NCBI GenBank assembly: GCA_021613535.1
Contig: CP075494.1
Location: 2,108,001-2,172,000 of the forward strand
From: Adineta vaga
Taxonomy: Eukaryota > Animalia > Rotifera
Length of the DNA stretch: 64,000 nt
Direction: 5' to 3'
Shown here: positions 49,168 through 63,294 of the stretch, one piece after another
Numbering within the stretch: position 1 is the first letter of the stretch
Layout of the letters: the number at the start of each line of letters is the position of its first letter
The notes under the pieces: generated by a model
What the model was told of the DNA's origin: nothing
Databases searched by the model: none
The model's input: only the letters and a program-made list of their open reading frames with translations
Position numbers and translations under genes: made by a program

Positions 49168-49437
49168 TACCCAGACAGACAAAATCGATAAAAAAAATGA
49201 CGTTCTTAAGTTGGTTTTCTCCAACAAAACATATATTTACTACATTAAGAATATACTTTTATACGCGTAAAAACGAGGCTTTTTCTTCCCGGCAGAAAAT
49301 AGCCAATAACAACGTTTGTACGTGCACAAGTGTGTTTTTTCACGTGGTAAATATATTTTTTGTTGAAAAAAAAACAACATAAGGACGTCGTTTTTTCTCG
49401 TGAAGCGCGTTTTTTATTGATTTTGTTTGCCTGAGTA
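49168..49437. mobile_element. Fold-back MITE with TA-CCCAG...CTGAG-TA ends
   Basis: tacccagacagacaaaatcgataaaaaa is inverted relative to tttttattgattttgtttgcctgagta; internal arms (gacgttcttaagttg...atatttac / gtaaatat...caacataaggacgtc) also pair. Confidence 0.7.
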
Positions 49438-49906
49438 TCTTTAAGATGTATTCATGTCTATTTTCACTCAATATAATATTAGATTAATCTATAACGTCTA
49501 TTTGAATTCGGTTTAATAATTTCTTCGCAATTTGACTTTCAGAACAAGTCTTTTTTATCTCAACTCATTTCATTTGTCAATGGTAAAAACTGAATCTAAT
49601 TCAATCAGAAATATCTTTTTTTTGAAATTTTACTGTGATTATATGAATGGAAATTGTTGTGATATATCATTATGACAAAAATCGCATAAAAATCTGACCA
49701 TATTACTAACACGAAATTATTTAGAACAATGATATATTCATACATAATGGAAAGATCACGGTTTGTAATAGAGAAAGTTCATAAAATATAACACCGTAAT
49801 GTATGGTGATTCTCGAATACCGCAACTAATCTATGTATTATCAAGCTTTTTTGAAACCGCGTCCTTCAGCGGTATCGACTTGAATATCTTTCCGTGAGCA
49901 TGCGAG

Positions 49907-49935
49907 TATGTATGTATGCATGTATGTATGTATGT
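49907..49935. repeat. (TATG)n microsatellite
   Basis: tatgtatgtatgcatgtatgtatgtatgt. Confidence 0.85.
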
Positions 49936-50372
49936 AGAAAGGTTATCATTTACCCCAAATCTGGTTCTCTGAATTCATCCCTAAATGAAATCCACATTTG
50001 TGAATAATCAATGAGCTAACGTTTATAGTGGTAACCAAATAGGGATTTTTCAATTTAGGAATCTTTTTCTGAACGTTACATATCGAACACCGAGAATAAC
50101 CTAAAAATAGGAGGTTATGCCTTGCCCTACTTTCTGATCCCCAGACACATCAGTTTATGTAGTCCCTACGTAGGGACGATAAATCCATTATTGCTGGTTC
50201 TGGTGATCAGATAGGGACTCTTCGACTTAGGGACTTTTCTTAATAAAATATGTATCACTCATCTGGTGAACGGATTCACAGAAAACTATAGATCTCAGTA
50301 TAGTCAGTGAAACTATGTATCTGGTGGCCAGATTGATACAAACCAAAGGCCTTAGTTTAGTTCGTGAAACTG

Positions 50373-52160
50373 TCAACAATTGACTTCATCAATTCCTTTG
50401 GGACAATCCCAATACCCATCGCAACGTGTATATGAATTTACACATGGCCATAGTTCACAATAAGTTTCATCAGTTTCATTATTTCCAAAAAAAAATATCC
50501 ACTTTTTTATCACAAAAACCGGAAAATGGCAATTTATGAATGTTGGTTGAAGCACTATTTTCATTACTTTCATCTTCTCCACCAATACAATGTTTCCGTT
50601 TATCGTTGACTAGAAGTGATACAATGCATTTCTGTTCAGATATACATTGGAAACGATATTTATCATTCAAAGAACATGAATTTGCGGCAAGTGATTCATC
50701 AAATGCATGATAACAATCTGAAATACCATCCATAATTCGCCGTTTAGGTATACATTTATTCGTTCCTACGCAGCGCAACATAGTCGAGTCGATACAGTTA
50801 GTTTCATTTCCAGTTTCAAAAGTATAATCACATGATTGAAAGATTTCATAAACATCCTTAACTGTTGAGAAATTCGATCGATTGATATGTAAACAAGTAT
50901 AGTTATCCATTGTAAATGTTGGAACTACATGTGAACAAAGATTTTTATCACAACATACAAAATCAGGTTCACATCCATACACTCGAACAGATGTTCGATT
51001 AGAAAAATAGCCAAACTGTACATGACTATACCACATTGGAAAAGTAGGTGCAATGAATGTTGATGGACATTTTCGAAGAGTTTGTATGGTACATTCTTCT
51101 ACATTATTGCATAAATTCTTGCAATATCGATCAAAATTTTCCAACAAAAACGAGTCTGACACACACATAAGAGTTGTAAAACAATGCGAATAATGCTCAT
51201 TTACAGGATTATTCCAATCAAATAGATAGTTATACCTTTGATTTCGGTTATTTGCGCATGTTCTTAAGTTTTGTGATGTAAAAATACTAATACAGGTTCC
51301 ATCTCCACAATTAAAACTAGTATCAAGTAAACAAAGAGTATCTCCACATAAAAACGATTCATCTCTTGCACATAATCTCAATAATTGAGGTCGAACTTCA
51401 TCCGAGCCGTCAAAACATTCTAAACTAATGACTTCAATAGATTCATCCAAGAAAAATTCTTCATCTATACACATTCCATTTCGACATTGATATTCATTTT
51501 CTTCACATCGATTTATTTCTAATTCAAGACAATATTTTTCATCTTCACCATCATTCAAACAATCGATTTTTCCATCACATATTTCACGCCAATCAAGACA
51601 GATCAAAGATGGATTTATATTCACATATTTCATATGCATGTAACACGTTAATGTTGTATCTTTTTCAAACGATTGATCTTTATCAAATCTTATTTGAATA
51701 AAATATGAAAATGATTCATTTAAAAGAAATTTATATTGACAAAATGATCCAAACCATGGGAAAGTACAATTAGAAAATCGATCCAATGATGAAGATTCAT
51801 TTGTTTGTAAAAATATTCATATCGTTCAACAATATCAATAGGACTTGACCATCTCATTAGATCTGCAGATGTTATATTTCTCTTCTTTAATTCATCGAAT
51901 GTTAATATAGATGATATTGCTTGTTCATTAATATCAATCACAATCGTCTCAGTTGTTCGGATACAATATTCAACATTTTGTTGAATTCTATATGATCGTT
52001 CGTGAATATTGACACTTTTAAATATTGTTGAATAAAAACAATCATGATCAAAATCATTCGTTATCATATCTGTATTATAAAGATTATAGAATGGTTGCCA
52101 TGCATTCGAATTCGAAAATATGCCGAGAATAATGATTAGATTTGATAATAAACGGTCCAT
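50373..52160 (-). pseudogene. Truncated, frameshifted LDLa-repeat receptor (GRL101-like LDLa/EGF-GPCR N-terminus)
   Basis: Signal peptide, CLDWREICDGKIDC..GEDE..C, CEENEYQCRNGMCI, CDGYWDCPKGIDE. Frameshifts in A/T homopolymers near 51810 and 50490; ends near 50375 with no 7TM. Confidence 0.75.
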
Positions 52161-52423
52161 TATGAATTGAGAAGAATAATATCGTTATAGGAAAAAAAAA
52201 TAGAATGAGTTTGAGATTTAACGACAGATGTATCGTATCCGTCAATCTATTTCTTTTTTCCTTCTCACTGAAAAGTGTAGTTGATAAAGCTTTTTTTCTA
52301 GCGATAAATAATAGTTAACATTGTCAATAAATGTTACCATATTGCTCAAAGATATTGAGTGTATTCATTATTCTCTAGGGATCTTTTTTGTCACACGTAA
52401 CACACGCCGGTAATGTCCATCGC

Positions 52424-52480
52424 GGGTGTAGATGTGGGTGTTTGAGAATGAGGTTCTCTTGTATTCACCCACGCCCTCAA
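52424..52480. repeat. Telomere-like inverted-repeat element between divergent genes
   Basis: gggtgtagatgtgggtgt ... tcttgtattcacccacgccctcaa; shares TCTTGTATTC with the 27255 and 32234 copies. Confidence 0.85.
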
Positions 52481-52996
52481 TCTTTATAGAAGATGAAATA
52501 TATTCTATATTCACGGATTTACAATAATTGATTAAAAATCATAGTAACCTCTATCCATTACAATATCCATCAGCATTATATTACATCAAAATAAGCTATA
52601 TGTCGTTATAGCTTATCCAGAATCGGTCTCTCATTGTAATGAATCGTTGGAATTTCTCAATGAAAAATTTACATTTCTAATCCATTAAATACCACATTTA
52701 TTTAACTTTCCATGTGCAATAAGTGTTCGTTATTATGAAAAAAAAACATCAAAATATAAAAAAATACTTTCCTCTCTCTCTTTACCTTTCATCGAATGTA
52801 TTTTTCAAAGGGGAAAATTTTTTTTGTCAATATGTAAAAAAGACGTTGGAATTTTCATATGAAACCAAACTTACCTTTGAATAAATAGAAAGCAAATAAA
52901 ATCATTTTATGTCATTATTTTCTGTTCGCAGATTTCTTTTTACCCACTGAATATTCAACCAGTCTTTTTTTCAAAGACTATATTTGAATTACACCA

Positions 52997-55900
52997 ATGG
53001 AATCTGTTGATGAAACAAGATTAAAACAATGTTTAAGTTCAATCATTCAAAAAATCGATGAAGTTTTAAAACAACAAAAAAAAGAACCGCCACAAATACG
53101 TCCAACAACAACAACAACGGACAATATTACGAATGATCCATTACTTGAGAATTCAATTCAAAATAATAACGTAAATACATTTACGATCGACAATGAAGAA
53201 GCTGAAGTATTAAATACATTAACAAATGATATTCAAAATATTCTAAGAGATTCTTTACCACAATTATCAGAATTATGTTCAAGTTATATTGAAAAACATT
53301 TACATCAATATCATTTTGATTCTAGTCAACAGGTATTTACAGAAGGACTTACTCTCAATATTCTGTATTCATTTAAACATGATTTAAATGGTTTATTATC
53401 AGCTGCACGTGCTTATCCAGCTGCATTGAAAGGAGAATTAGAAATAGTAGAAACTTTTCTTAAACGTTTTCCATTATATAAAGATAAACCAGGTTTTTGG
53501 GGTACAACATTCTTATATTCAGCTTCAAAAAGTAATAATCTTCCATTAGTAAAACATTTAATTGAAACACTTAGTTGTTCTGTAAATGCTCAAAATGAAT
53601 GTGAAATGGCATTTACTTTGATCAGTGATGATAACAATCGAACAGATCTTACTTATAATCCTGATCCAAAATTTGCTTCAACAGCATTACATGCTGCTTG
53701 TTTTAATAATAATTTAGATATTGTTAAATATTTAATTAGTAAAGGAGCAAATTATTTTTCAAGAAATCAATTAGGTGAAACTCCAATTCAAAATGGTGGA
53801 TTCCATAGAGAAATTCAAAAATTCTTTAATGATTTTCTCGTCACTTCATATACAAATCTCCCGAATATGTCTTTACCAAATGAACCTGTTTTAAATTGTT
53901 ATGATCGAAAACCAACAAATTGTATTTGGGAATATAAACCAGTAAAAGGATTACAATGGGATGAATTTACAATCAGTGAACATAATATTTTATCTTCTGT
54001 TTTTGTTGTAGAAAAGAATAATCAATTATTTACTCCAACAACTTATTTAAGTTCTAATGGAGGTACATATAATGTTAATCTATTGACATTTTTACGTGGT
54101 GGAAAAAATCAAGAACCAAATCCATCCAATCAAGATAGTTTAGCATGGATACGATGTCGAGGTTCAAGTGTAGCTAATTTTGATATTCATTGTGTTTGGC
54201 AATTGATGTTTATTAAATATGAATTGAAAACAAATGATACGCCATCATTAGATTCAAAAACATTTCCAACTGTTTATGATAGTAAATTTGAAATCAAATT
54301 AAATTGTTGGTATACATGTGATTCAAAACGAAATACTTTATTAGATGAAGCAATGAATTATCGACGACGTTATCTTGATTTAAATTGTAATTTTCATACA
54401 AATTATCATGAAAATCGAATTATTAAATGTAATCTTTATGAATTTCAATTTAGTAATAATGATAAAACAATCATTGGTTTTCTTCGTTGGATACCAAAAT
54501 TAATTTCAAATACATCAAATGATCAAGATACAATTAAAGTTTTAGATAATTTTAAAATGATTCAAAATTCAAATCCAATACCTTTAACAACAAAACGATT
54601 AGAAAAATCGATTAAAACAAAGAATGAAAATGATATAATAGAATTAGAAATTCCAGATGAAAATGGAACAATTGATGATGATGATGATGATACAAATATT
54701 TCAACTGAAAATATCGGTACTTGGAGTTTAGATGATCTATTACATGATGATTCACAAGCAATGGATATTGATGTCTCATTACCAAGTACGACTGAATCTA
54801 CTGATCAACCAAATGATCCACCGGAACAAATCGAAGTGAAACAAATAGATACAATAGATAATGATACAGAAGAAAAAGCAAAATTTATTTTAGAATTTGA
54901 AAATAAAAAATTACACGAACAAGTAAGCCGTTTAAGAATTCAACTCGATGAACAATTAGAGAATGTAACTGAACATGCTAATCTTATTTTAAAATCAACA
55001 TTAGACGAAGTCGATCGTTTACAAACTGAACTTCAAACAAAATCTACACATGAAAATTTAATTAAAGAAACTTCACAAAGTATTTTAACACGAACATATA
55101 CTTTACCGAAATCAAATTTATCAATACTTTCAAAATTTAAATTAATCTTTAATACATTAAGAAAAATTGATTTTCCTTTAAAAACTTATTTTAAAGATAA
55201 TATACCCTTAATGGAATTGGATGATCAGTATGAAAATCAAATTATTCTTCGAGGTCTTGTAATTCATCATGAAACATTAGAGAAGATTTTTCAAAGAATT
55301 CAAAAACTTATTCAACAAATTAATTCCACAGAAAACGATTATAAAAGAAAAATCAATGAAAAAACTCAAAAATTCTTAAGATTAATTCAACAAATACATT
55401 CAAAGAAGATGATTTATTGGAAATCTTATTATAATTCATTAGTAAAATTAGTTAATGAACATTATAATGATGATATAAAGAAATTTTCCAAATATATTCA
55501 TGATAAATTAAGAAATTTCTTAGATATTTCAATTCAAGAGCCAGAACGAGAATTTGAAAAAGATATTAATGATTTAACAAATGATTATTTAAGAAATGAA
55601 ACATTTACACATGATATTGAAGACATAAAAATGAAAGCATTCGAAGAATTTATTCATGAACATATTATATTACAAGAAAAATCAACAAAAACAATACCAA
55701 ATAAAGAATCAATTTCAATTCTAAATAAACATATTAATAAACTTAAAAATATTCTTAAAACAGATAGGAAATATAAGGGTTATGAATTAAAACATTTCTA
55801 TATGATTGTATCATTATTACAAAGATTAATGATCTTTTATCATTGTTTTCTTTTACAATTACCTTTATTTAATGCATCAATTGATCTTTTAAATCATATT

Positions 55901-58900
55901 CAAACAAATACGATTGTTACCATTTCAACGGCAACTGGTTCTGGAAAATCTACTCTTCTTACGGCATTATTAATTGCCGATGGTTATGATAAAGTAATTG
56001 TTACTCAACCACGACGTTTACCATGTAATCTAATTTCACAACGTGTTAATTCTATGGTAAATGATGATATAAGTGGATGGGCAGTAAGTGGTGCTGAAAA
56101 GAATGTTAAAGCGAAAATTCTTTATTTAACTGATGGTTTATTAAAAGAACGTTTATTAAATGATGCAAATTTCATAACTGAAAGTACGAATGTCAACAAA
56201 TCGGTCGTATTTTTTATTGATGAAGTTCATGAACGTTCAATTAATATTGATTTATGTTTGGCTTTATTTGCTCGTTTATTAAAATTAAATCCATCTTTAC
56301 ATACAAAAATGAAATTAATTATATCATCTGCAACATTAGATCAATCAGTTCCAACATTATTTCGAAATATTCCTCGTTGTTCTTTAAAAGAATTTAATTT
56401 AACATCATTATCAACATTATATCCTGTAAAAATTCATCGAACACCGAATGAAAATCTTCTGGATCTCGTTCAAAAACTTTACAGTGAACGAAATCGTTAT
56501 GATCAAATTCTTTGTTTTGTTAGTTCAACACAAGATACACATGAAAATTGTCAATTATTAAAAAAACTTACTAAAGGTGCTATTATTGCTTATCCACTTA
56601 TTCAATCTCAATCAGCAATTGAACAACAAAAATTCATCGAAGAAGGAAGTGTATTCTTTTCAACAACTGTTGCTGAAACATCGTTAACATTTCCATGTTT
56701 AAAATATGTTATTGATACAGGTTTAATTAATATGCCTGTATATAGTTTAGCTTTAGAACGAACACAATTAGAAGAAATTAAATCAGCAAAATCAACAAAA
56801 AAACAACGATTAGGTCGACTCGGTCGAACACAACCAGGAGAATATTATGCATTGTATGATTATTCACCAGGTGAACAACGAGAATATCCAATACCACAAA
56901 TATGTCAATCAGATTTAGTTAATATTGAATTTTCATTACGAAAATCTCGTTTAACAACAAACTTACGTGATTTTATTCAATATTTACCTGATAAACCAAA
57001 ACGAGAATTTATTGATGATGCAATTAAACAATTACAACGACTAGAATTTATTGGTCCTTCACCAAATGAATATTTTACTTCATTAGGTAAATCAATTGCA
57101 GAATTACCTGATTTTACATCTTTATCAATGTCAAAAGCTGTTCGTTTTGCATTAACACGATATCGTTGTGGTCGTGATTTAATTATTTTATCATCAATAT
57201 TATCGGTTCTAAATACTTCATCTATATTAAAATCAATTCCAGCTGAATATAAACGTTCCGAAGGTGATTTTATGACACTTTTACAAGTAATGAATACTGT
57301 CTTATCAGTTCGTGATGCAGTTACACCAAAAGAATTTAATCCTGATCGATTTTGTGCTAGTAAACGTTTAACTCCTATTGCACATGTTATTAAAGCAGCA
57401 TTACGACGATATAAAAGTTTAGAAAAAGCATTTACTTTATCCGATAAATATCGTGAACTTGCTCAAATTCAATCGGGAAATTGGGAAAATATCGTCAAAG
57501 CTTTATTAAAAGGTTTTTCTGATAAAGTTTATGCATCACAAAAATTACTTCAAGGTAAAACTCAACAATATGTTAAATACAATATTCATCAACAACAAGA
57601 TTCATTAGATGAACCATGTTCAATTGCAGTTATTGATCGTACATCAACATTAAGAACAGGAAATAAAGGTGCATTACCAGCTTCATTAGTTTTAGCACGA
57701 GATGTTCGATATTTAACAGCAATACGTTCATCAGCAATTTTATCATTTGTTGGACAAATTGAATCTTCATGGTTAGAATATACATTTAGTCGAGAATTAA
57801 AATTAAATCAAAATGAACAACAAAAATTAAAAAATAATAATATATTACAACAAGCAATTCAACAATTTCCTTATATACAAATACATATAAATAATGGTAA
57901 ATTAGTTTTTCAAGGTCCATCTGGTCATATTCTCAATGCCGAACTTTATATACGACAACAATTAATAACATCATATAGTTTTACTTTATCATCGGATCAA
58001 GCGAATGATAATTTAGCAAGAAATTTGAAGAGTGTAACAAGTATGCCAGGAGATCTGTTTGGTCCATTAAGATGGCGATGGGAATCCGAATGTCAAGTAA
58101 AAGTACGAACAAAAATGCATAAAAATAATGGAACAATTGAAGTCAATGTTGAAGGTCTTGATTCACAAAATCAAGCTGTAGAAAAAGAATTTCGATCATT
58201 TTTATCTTGGCTTCGTATGTGTGCAGTTATTCGAGATCCAAATTCAGGTGTTTCACCTCGTGTATTAAAACCACAAATACGTGATAAATTTCGTGATATG
58301 GAAGCGAAAATTGGTAATATAACTGATCCTGAACGAACATCGGTCGATCGATGGAGAAGTTTAAAAGGTCCTGATGCAACACGTGAAACACGTATGGAAG
58401 TTGTTGCTTGGATTGCTGTATGTCAATATCATTGTCGATTAGAAGGTGGTTTTGTTCGAGATTGGGTTGTTGGAAATCATCGATCACGACCACCAAATTC
58501 ACCTCCAGATCAATGGATATCATCATCCACGACAACAAGTCAAGTTCCAAGATTACCCGTAGAACTTGTTCCCGCCGATCTCGATTGTCATTTACCTCAA
58601 TCGAAAATCTTTGATATTGAAGCTTTTCTTGATAAATTATATAGTTATGAAATTCATGCAAGATCAGTTCGTCAAGATTGGCGTTATGTTGTTATTGTTG
58701 ATGAAAAAACGAAGACCGGACCGTTTACAATGGATTTAATTGAACCACATATTGCCTTAACACATGATCGAATTGATTTTGATGTTAGTAATTTATCATT
58801 AGAACGTGAATATACAAAAGATTTAGGTATGCGTGTTGATATAACAGGTGGAACATATCCAATTGAATTAGAAACAATCGTTGAAAATATTCGAAATAAA

Positions 58901-59645
58901 AATTTTCAAGTTTTACGTCCAATTGATGGTGAAAATGGTCCAAATACATCAGGAACAGTTGCAGAACGAATTGATAGAATGAAAGCAAGAGGATGGACAC
59001 AAATTGGTACACCATTTTCATTTATTCCAAATCCACCATCAACTTGTAATGCATTACTCGTTCCTTATCCATCATCCACTGTACTGTATCAAAATCTTGT
59101 TACAGAAATGAAAAAAATTCCAGGAATGAAAGTAATTACAATTGAACAAATAAAAAATCCTAATATTGAGGCATTATATGAATATATGAAACGAACAATC
59201 GCAAAAGAAATTCCAGGAGATGATCCAAATGAACGTGAATTATTTCATGGAACAAGTGGTGAAGCTATTCAAGGAATTATTGATCGAGGTTTTGATGATC
59301 GATATTTTTCGCCTGCTGGAGCTTGGGGTTAGGTTACAAAATTCTTCCGAGAAAAAAAAATTTTTCATTGTTTTTTATTTAGGACGTGGTGCCTATTTTG
59401 CTGATGATCCTCGAAAATCGAATGGCTATGCATCACCCGATCCAACTACAAATCGTCGTGTTATTTTTTATAATAAAGTTGTATTAGGTATTGAATCTGC
59501 GCAAGCACAAACAAATAATTCTCTGAGTGCAGCACCACCAAATCATCATTCAGTTCATGGGAATGGTTTTCAATATCAAGAATATATTGTCTATCGATAT
59601 GGACAAGCTTTACCGTATCTAAAAATTACTTATACAGCACCTTGA
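52997..59645 (+). CDS. Giant fusion protein: ankyrin repeats + WWE-like + coiled coil + DEAH/RHA helicase + class II nucleotidyltransferase-like + PARP catalytic domain; intron 59328-59382
   Basis: ANK (TALHAACFNNNLDIVKYLISKGA). Helicase motifs ATGSGKST, TQPRR, TDGLL, DEVH, SAT, STTVAETSLT, QRLGRLGR. NTase EGGFVRD...ADLD...DRIDFDVSNL. PARP LFHGT / GRGAYFA / YQEYIVY. The 55-nt GT-AG intron splices in frame. Confidence 0.9.
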
Positions 59646-59830
59646 TAACATTCGGGACTGGTTTTTTTATCGTAAAATTATATATTGACCTTTTTTCGGA
59701 CTGAGAGAAAAATTTATTTGATTATTTAAAGAGTTTTTTTCAAATATTTAATAAAGAAATTAGTTTTACTGACAATTTAAACTATTTTTTGTTTGTATTT
59801 ATCAATACAAAAATAATTCATCATATATTC

Positions 59831-59892
59831 ATCTTGAGGGTGCGTGGATGTGGGTGTCGGTTGAAATGAAGAATCGATATCCACACCCTCGA
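59831..59892. repeat. Telomere-like inverted-repeat element (half-elements also at 62005-62026 and 63908-63922)
   Basis: atcttgagggtgcgtggatgtgggtgtcgg ... atccacaccctcga. Confidence 0.88.
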
Positions 59893-60992
59893 TATTTGTT
59901 TATGTCACTTTTCTTTATAAGATTGATTTTTATGAAGATAATGTTATTCATTATTTGATTATAAATTCTATAAGAGAATCTGTTATAATAATTCAGATTT
60001 GCGATATGTGTGCAATCGTTCAACCGACTAAAACTCAGTTTCATGAGGAATTCATATCATTATACTACTAATGCTGTGGTGTGATTGTCGATGCTGATAC
60101 AGTTGATGATGAAAATGATGTGAATATTATACTGTGATCGATTTTTGAAACGAAGAACTTGATATATAAACTGAGAAAAGTGCAACTAATGTTTTTTGTT
60201 TGTTTTTAACTATATTTTGGTCGTGATATTGTCACTTTATCAGTTATATAAGATATTGATTCGAAAAGGAATTTACTTGTCTATTACTGATTTATAAATA
60301 TTCAAAGGTAAAAGAGAAAGTTAATCAACATCTATTTTTTTAAACTATTTGAGTTTAATTCGATTTCTTTTTCATATTGACGTATCGATCACAAAAATAT
60401 TATACTCATCCAATGAATATTCTGTTCTAGTGATAATAACAATCATTGTTCTTGCATTGATTTCATATGAAATATTTTCATTTTGATTTATTAAACTATT
60501 AAGTAATTGACAAAGTAAATTTGATAGATAAAGTGTAGCTACTTGATATTGATTTTGATTCAAATAATTTATTTGACATTGTCGAACATTATCTTTTCTT
60601 TCTACAAGATGCAACATGGGAATACAAAAATGTATAACCAATACAATAAGTGCTCGTATCTTTTTCAAAATTTGCGCTATAATAAGTTCTCTCAGAGCGA
60701 CAACAACAAATCCCTAATACCGGATTCTAATGAACTTCCATGCTTGAAATTGAAAAGTGCATCATTGTCGGAAGTCAAGATATTAACAGAATACAGAATG
60801 TTGCGAATATTTTGTCTCACCCGATATGTTTATAAACAAGTTGAAAAAATTAACAAAATATTTCTTCTTTTTTTAATTTTATCTAACTTTTTTCATAGAT
60901 CTATTACAACATGAGAAGAAATAAAGAAACAACAAACTGAATAATTGATTCTAGAGAAAGCAAAGAAACACTTCTCCACCAAGAAACTTTGT

Positions 60993-61700
60993 TCATTTGA
61001 AAAATGATGTTCGAATAATGTCAACAGACGATTGTGATTCACTCGAAACAATATTTGAAACATATTTTCGTGTACATTTTGTTTCTACCCTATATCTTGT
61101 ACCTGGTAATAAATTTCCAAATCGAAAGTTTTTTATTAAATATATATCATTCGTTATTGTTTCAACTGGTGAAGTTGTATTCCAACCATTCAATTGTGCA
61201 TTCATTTCAAGTTCAAATAAAGGAATTTCTTTTGGCCAATACATTGAAACAATAGCTGAATTCGATGTTACTTTAGTCGATGTTTTTTCACGAGGTATTG
61301 GTGTTTTCGCCATTTTAAACAATTCCAATATATATGCGGAAAAACCAAATCCTGAACTGGTATTACCATTAGAACTTACTTTATATTCAATACCGCCAGC
61401 ATAATATGCATTAGCTTTTAAAAAATGATTGTCCACAACGATAAATGATGAGAAATGCATTAAATCTTTATCATTCATTATAAAATTCTTACTACGATAG
61501 ACATCAGTTGTGTTCAGTTTAAATATCACAACAGTCAAATTTACAACAAAGGGATATTCTTCCAGGGGATTAAATTTCCAAATAATATTAACAGCTGAAT
61601 CATTGTATATATTGACAGATTTGATTGAAGGTAGTATAAACGTAGATGAACTTATTGGTATTGTCGTCAATATCAGAATAAAAATCCACATGAATTGCAT
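60993..61700 (-). CDS. Secreted protein with probable fibronectin type III-like domains
   Basis: Signal peptide MQFMWIFILILTTIPISSS; FN3-like hallmarks VTSNSAIVSM.W and FGNLLPGTRYRV. Confidence 0.6.
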   Translation of the reverse strand: MQFMWIFILILTTIPISSSTFILPSIKSVNIYNDSAVNIIWKFNPLEEYPFVVNLTVVIFKLNTTDVYRSKNFIMNDKDLMHFSSFIVVDNHFLKANAYYAGGIEYKVSSNGNTSSGFGFSAYILELFKMAKTPIPREKTSTKVTSNSAIVSMYWPKEIPLFELEMNAQLNGWNTTSPVETITNDIYLIKNFRFGNLLPGTRYRVETKCTRKYVSNIVSSESQSSVDIIRTSFFK

Positions 61701-62289
61701 TTTATTGTTCGTTTAATTAGATGTGACTGGTGGTTGTTCTATTTATAGAGTAGTATTCCAAACAGAGAGAAATGTTCAAAACTAAATTAACCAATACAAT
61801 TCGTGTGACTAAGAAATGTGAGCAATCATTTTTCTTAATTTTGTTTTAAATTTAAAATTTGTTTGACCTCTAGGTCATGTTAAACCGAAGGGAAAAATGT
61901 CGAGAATAGATGGGAGAAAATAGATACGGACTGACGTCGAAGGAGCAAAAGGCCAAACAAAGAGAAATATGTAGAATGTACATAAATTTTACATTACAAA
62001 ATATTTGAGGATATGGGTGTGGGTGTCGATTGAATTAAAAATTTATATAGAATTCTGTTCAATGAATTTGGATATTGCCGGAATTCCGTTTTACCGTTCT
62101 TATATTTTCTATCATACTGAATGCGAGAAATATGGACAAAAACAAGATTATTTCATTGATGATATATATTTTTTTATTTGACAAGCAACTTAAAATTATT
62201 CTTACGATAATAAAAATGACAAGAATAAATTTTATTTACAGTTTAGCCTTTGTGTGACATAAATCTCTTTCAATCAAATAGATTTCTAT

Positions 62290-63294
62290 TTAGACAGTAG
62301 GTAGGCGATTATTTCCTGTACGAATCATAGGAAGTTCTAATGCATGAACGATGCGTCGATGTCGAAAATAATGTACAATATTCATTGTTTTTTGTCTTAA
62401 CTCGGGTAATGAGCCAATGACAACTATCGGATAAAGAAGTAATGTATAATAAGGACAATACGCTGCAAGAATAAAAACAGCATTTCCAGAATCAAATGGT
62501 ATATTGCATATGAAAAGAAAGTTCATAAGTATAAATGGAAATAGGAATATTCCATAAAGAGAAGAAATACTTAAGACTTGGATTGTCATTTTTCGATATC
62601 GTCTCCAATCTACTTGTCGTTGTGTTCTATGTTTTTGCCAGATAGTTCGTATTAAAAGAGTAAAACTGGATATGATAATGATGATTATAGGTGCAATAAA
62701 ATGAGCGCTTATTTCATATACATAAAGAGCAGCATTTTGAAGAGCACAAGGAGTCATAAATACACCAGAAATATTTTCATATGTATTGACACATTGTGAA
62801 GCAAAAAATAAGATTGTATGAAACACAATGCAATAAACAATAATAAATATTGGAGGAAAATAATGAAGAAGAATACGTTTTCGTGTAGTTGCGAGTAAAT
62901 CATTGTGAAAAATGAGAATGTGCCGTTCAAATGAAACCCAGGCATAAAGCATACATTGAACAACATAAAATGTCCAATCAATAAATCCCAAAATCATATG
63001 AAATACCAGTGGAAGATAAAACGTTTCAGAAGTGCGAAAATAATGCATAATAAAAGCTATATCTGTCAATTCATAGAATAAATTAATCACAAGAAGAACA
63101 ATAATTACGTGATTGTGAAGAGCATGACGAAGGTTTCGATCATGAAAAAACCAATATAAAGCAAACAATGAACAGCCGATCGATGGAATAATTAGCAGAA
63201 GAAAGAGCGAAAATTGTATAAAATAAAATGTTGTTGTAGCAATTCCTGATAAAAGAACACCACTTTCAGTATAGTTGTCTGTACTTACAGCCAT
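62290..63294 (-). CDS. Rhodopsin-like 7TM GPCR, intronless
   Basis: Seven TM segments; LRHALHNH, AWVSFERHILIFH, WRRYRKMTIQVL. Confidence 0.88.
   Translation of the reverse strand: MAVSTDNYTESGVLLSGIATTTFYFIQFSLFLLLIIPSIGCSLFALYWFFHDRNLRHALHNHVIIVLLVINLFYELTDIAFIMHYFRTSETFYLPLVFHMILGFIDWTFYVVQCMLYAWVSFERHILIFHNDLLATTRKRILLHYFPPIFIIVYCIVFHTILFFASQCVNTYENISGVFMTPCALQNAALYVYEISAHFIAPIIIIIISSFTLLIRTIWQKHRTQRQVDWRRYRKMTIQVLSISSLYGIFLFPFILMNFLFICNIPFDSGNAVFILAAYCPYYTLLLYPIVVIGSLPELRQKTMNIVHYFRHRRIVHALELPMIRTGNNRLPTV

Noticed and set aside
50340-50380. Expected palindromic element at the truncation of the LDLa receptor pseudogene
   Set aside because: None is present. This is a counter-example showing that not every truncation is element-associated; nearby tagggact motifs (50160-50235) hint at a different transposon remnant but are too weak to call.
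50479-51815. Programmed frameshifting in the LDLa gene
   Set aside because: Both shifts lie in A/T homopolymers and the gene is truncated; sequencing error or decay is more parsimonious.
59900-60930. Short ORFs possibly representing a decayed membrane-protein gene
   Set aside because: No recognisable motifs or consistent frame.
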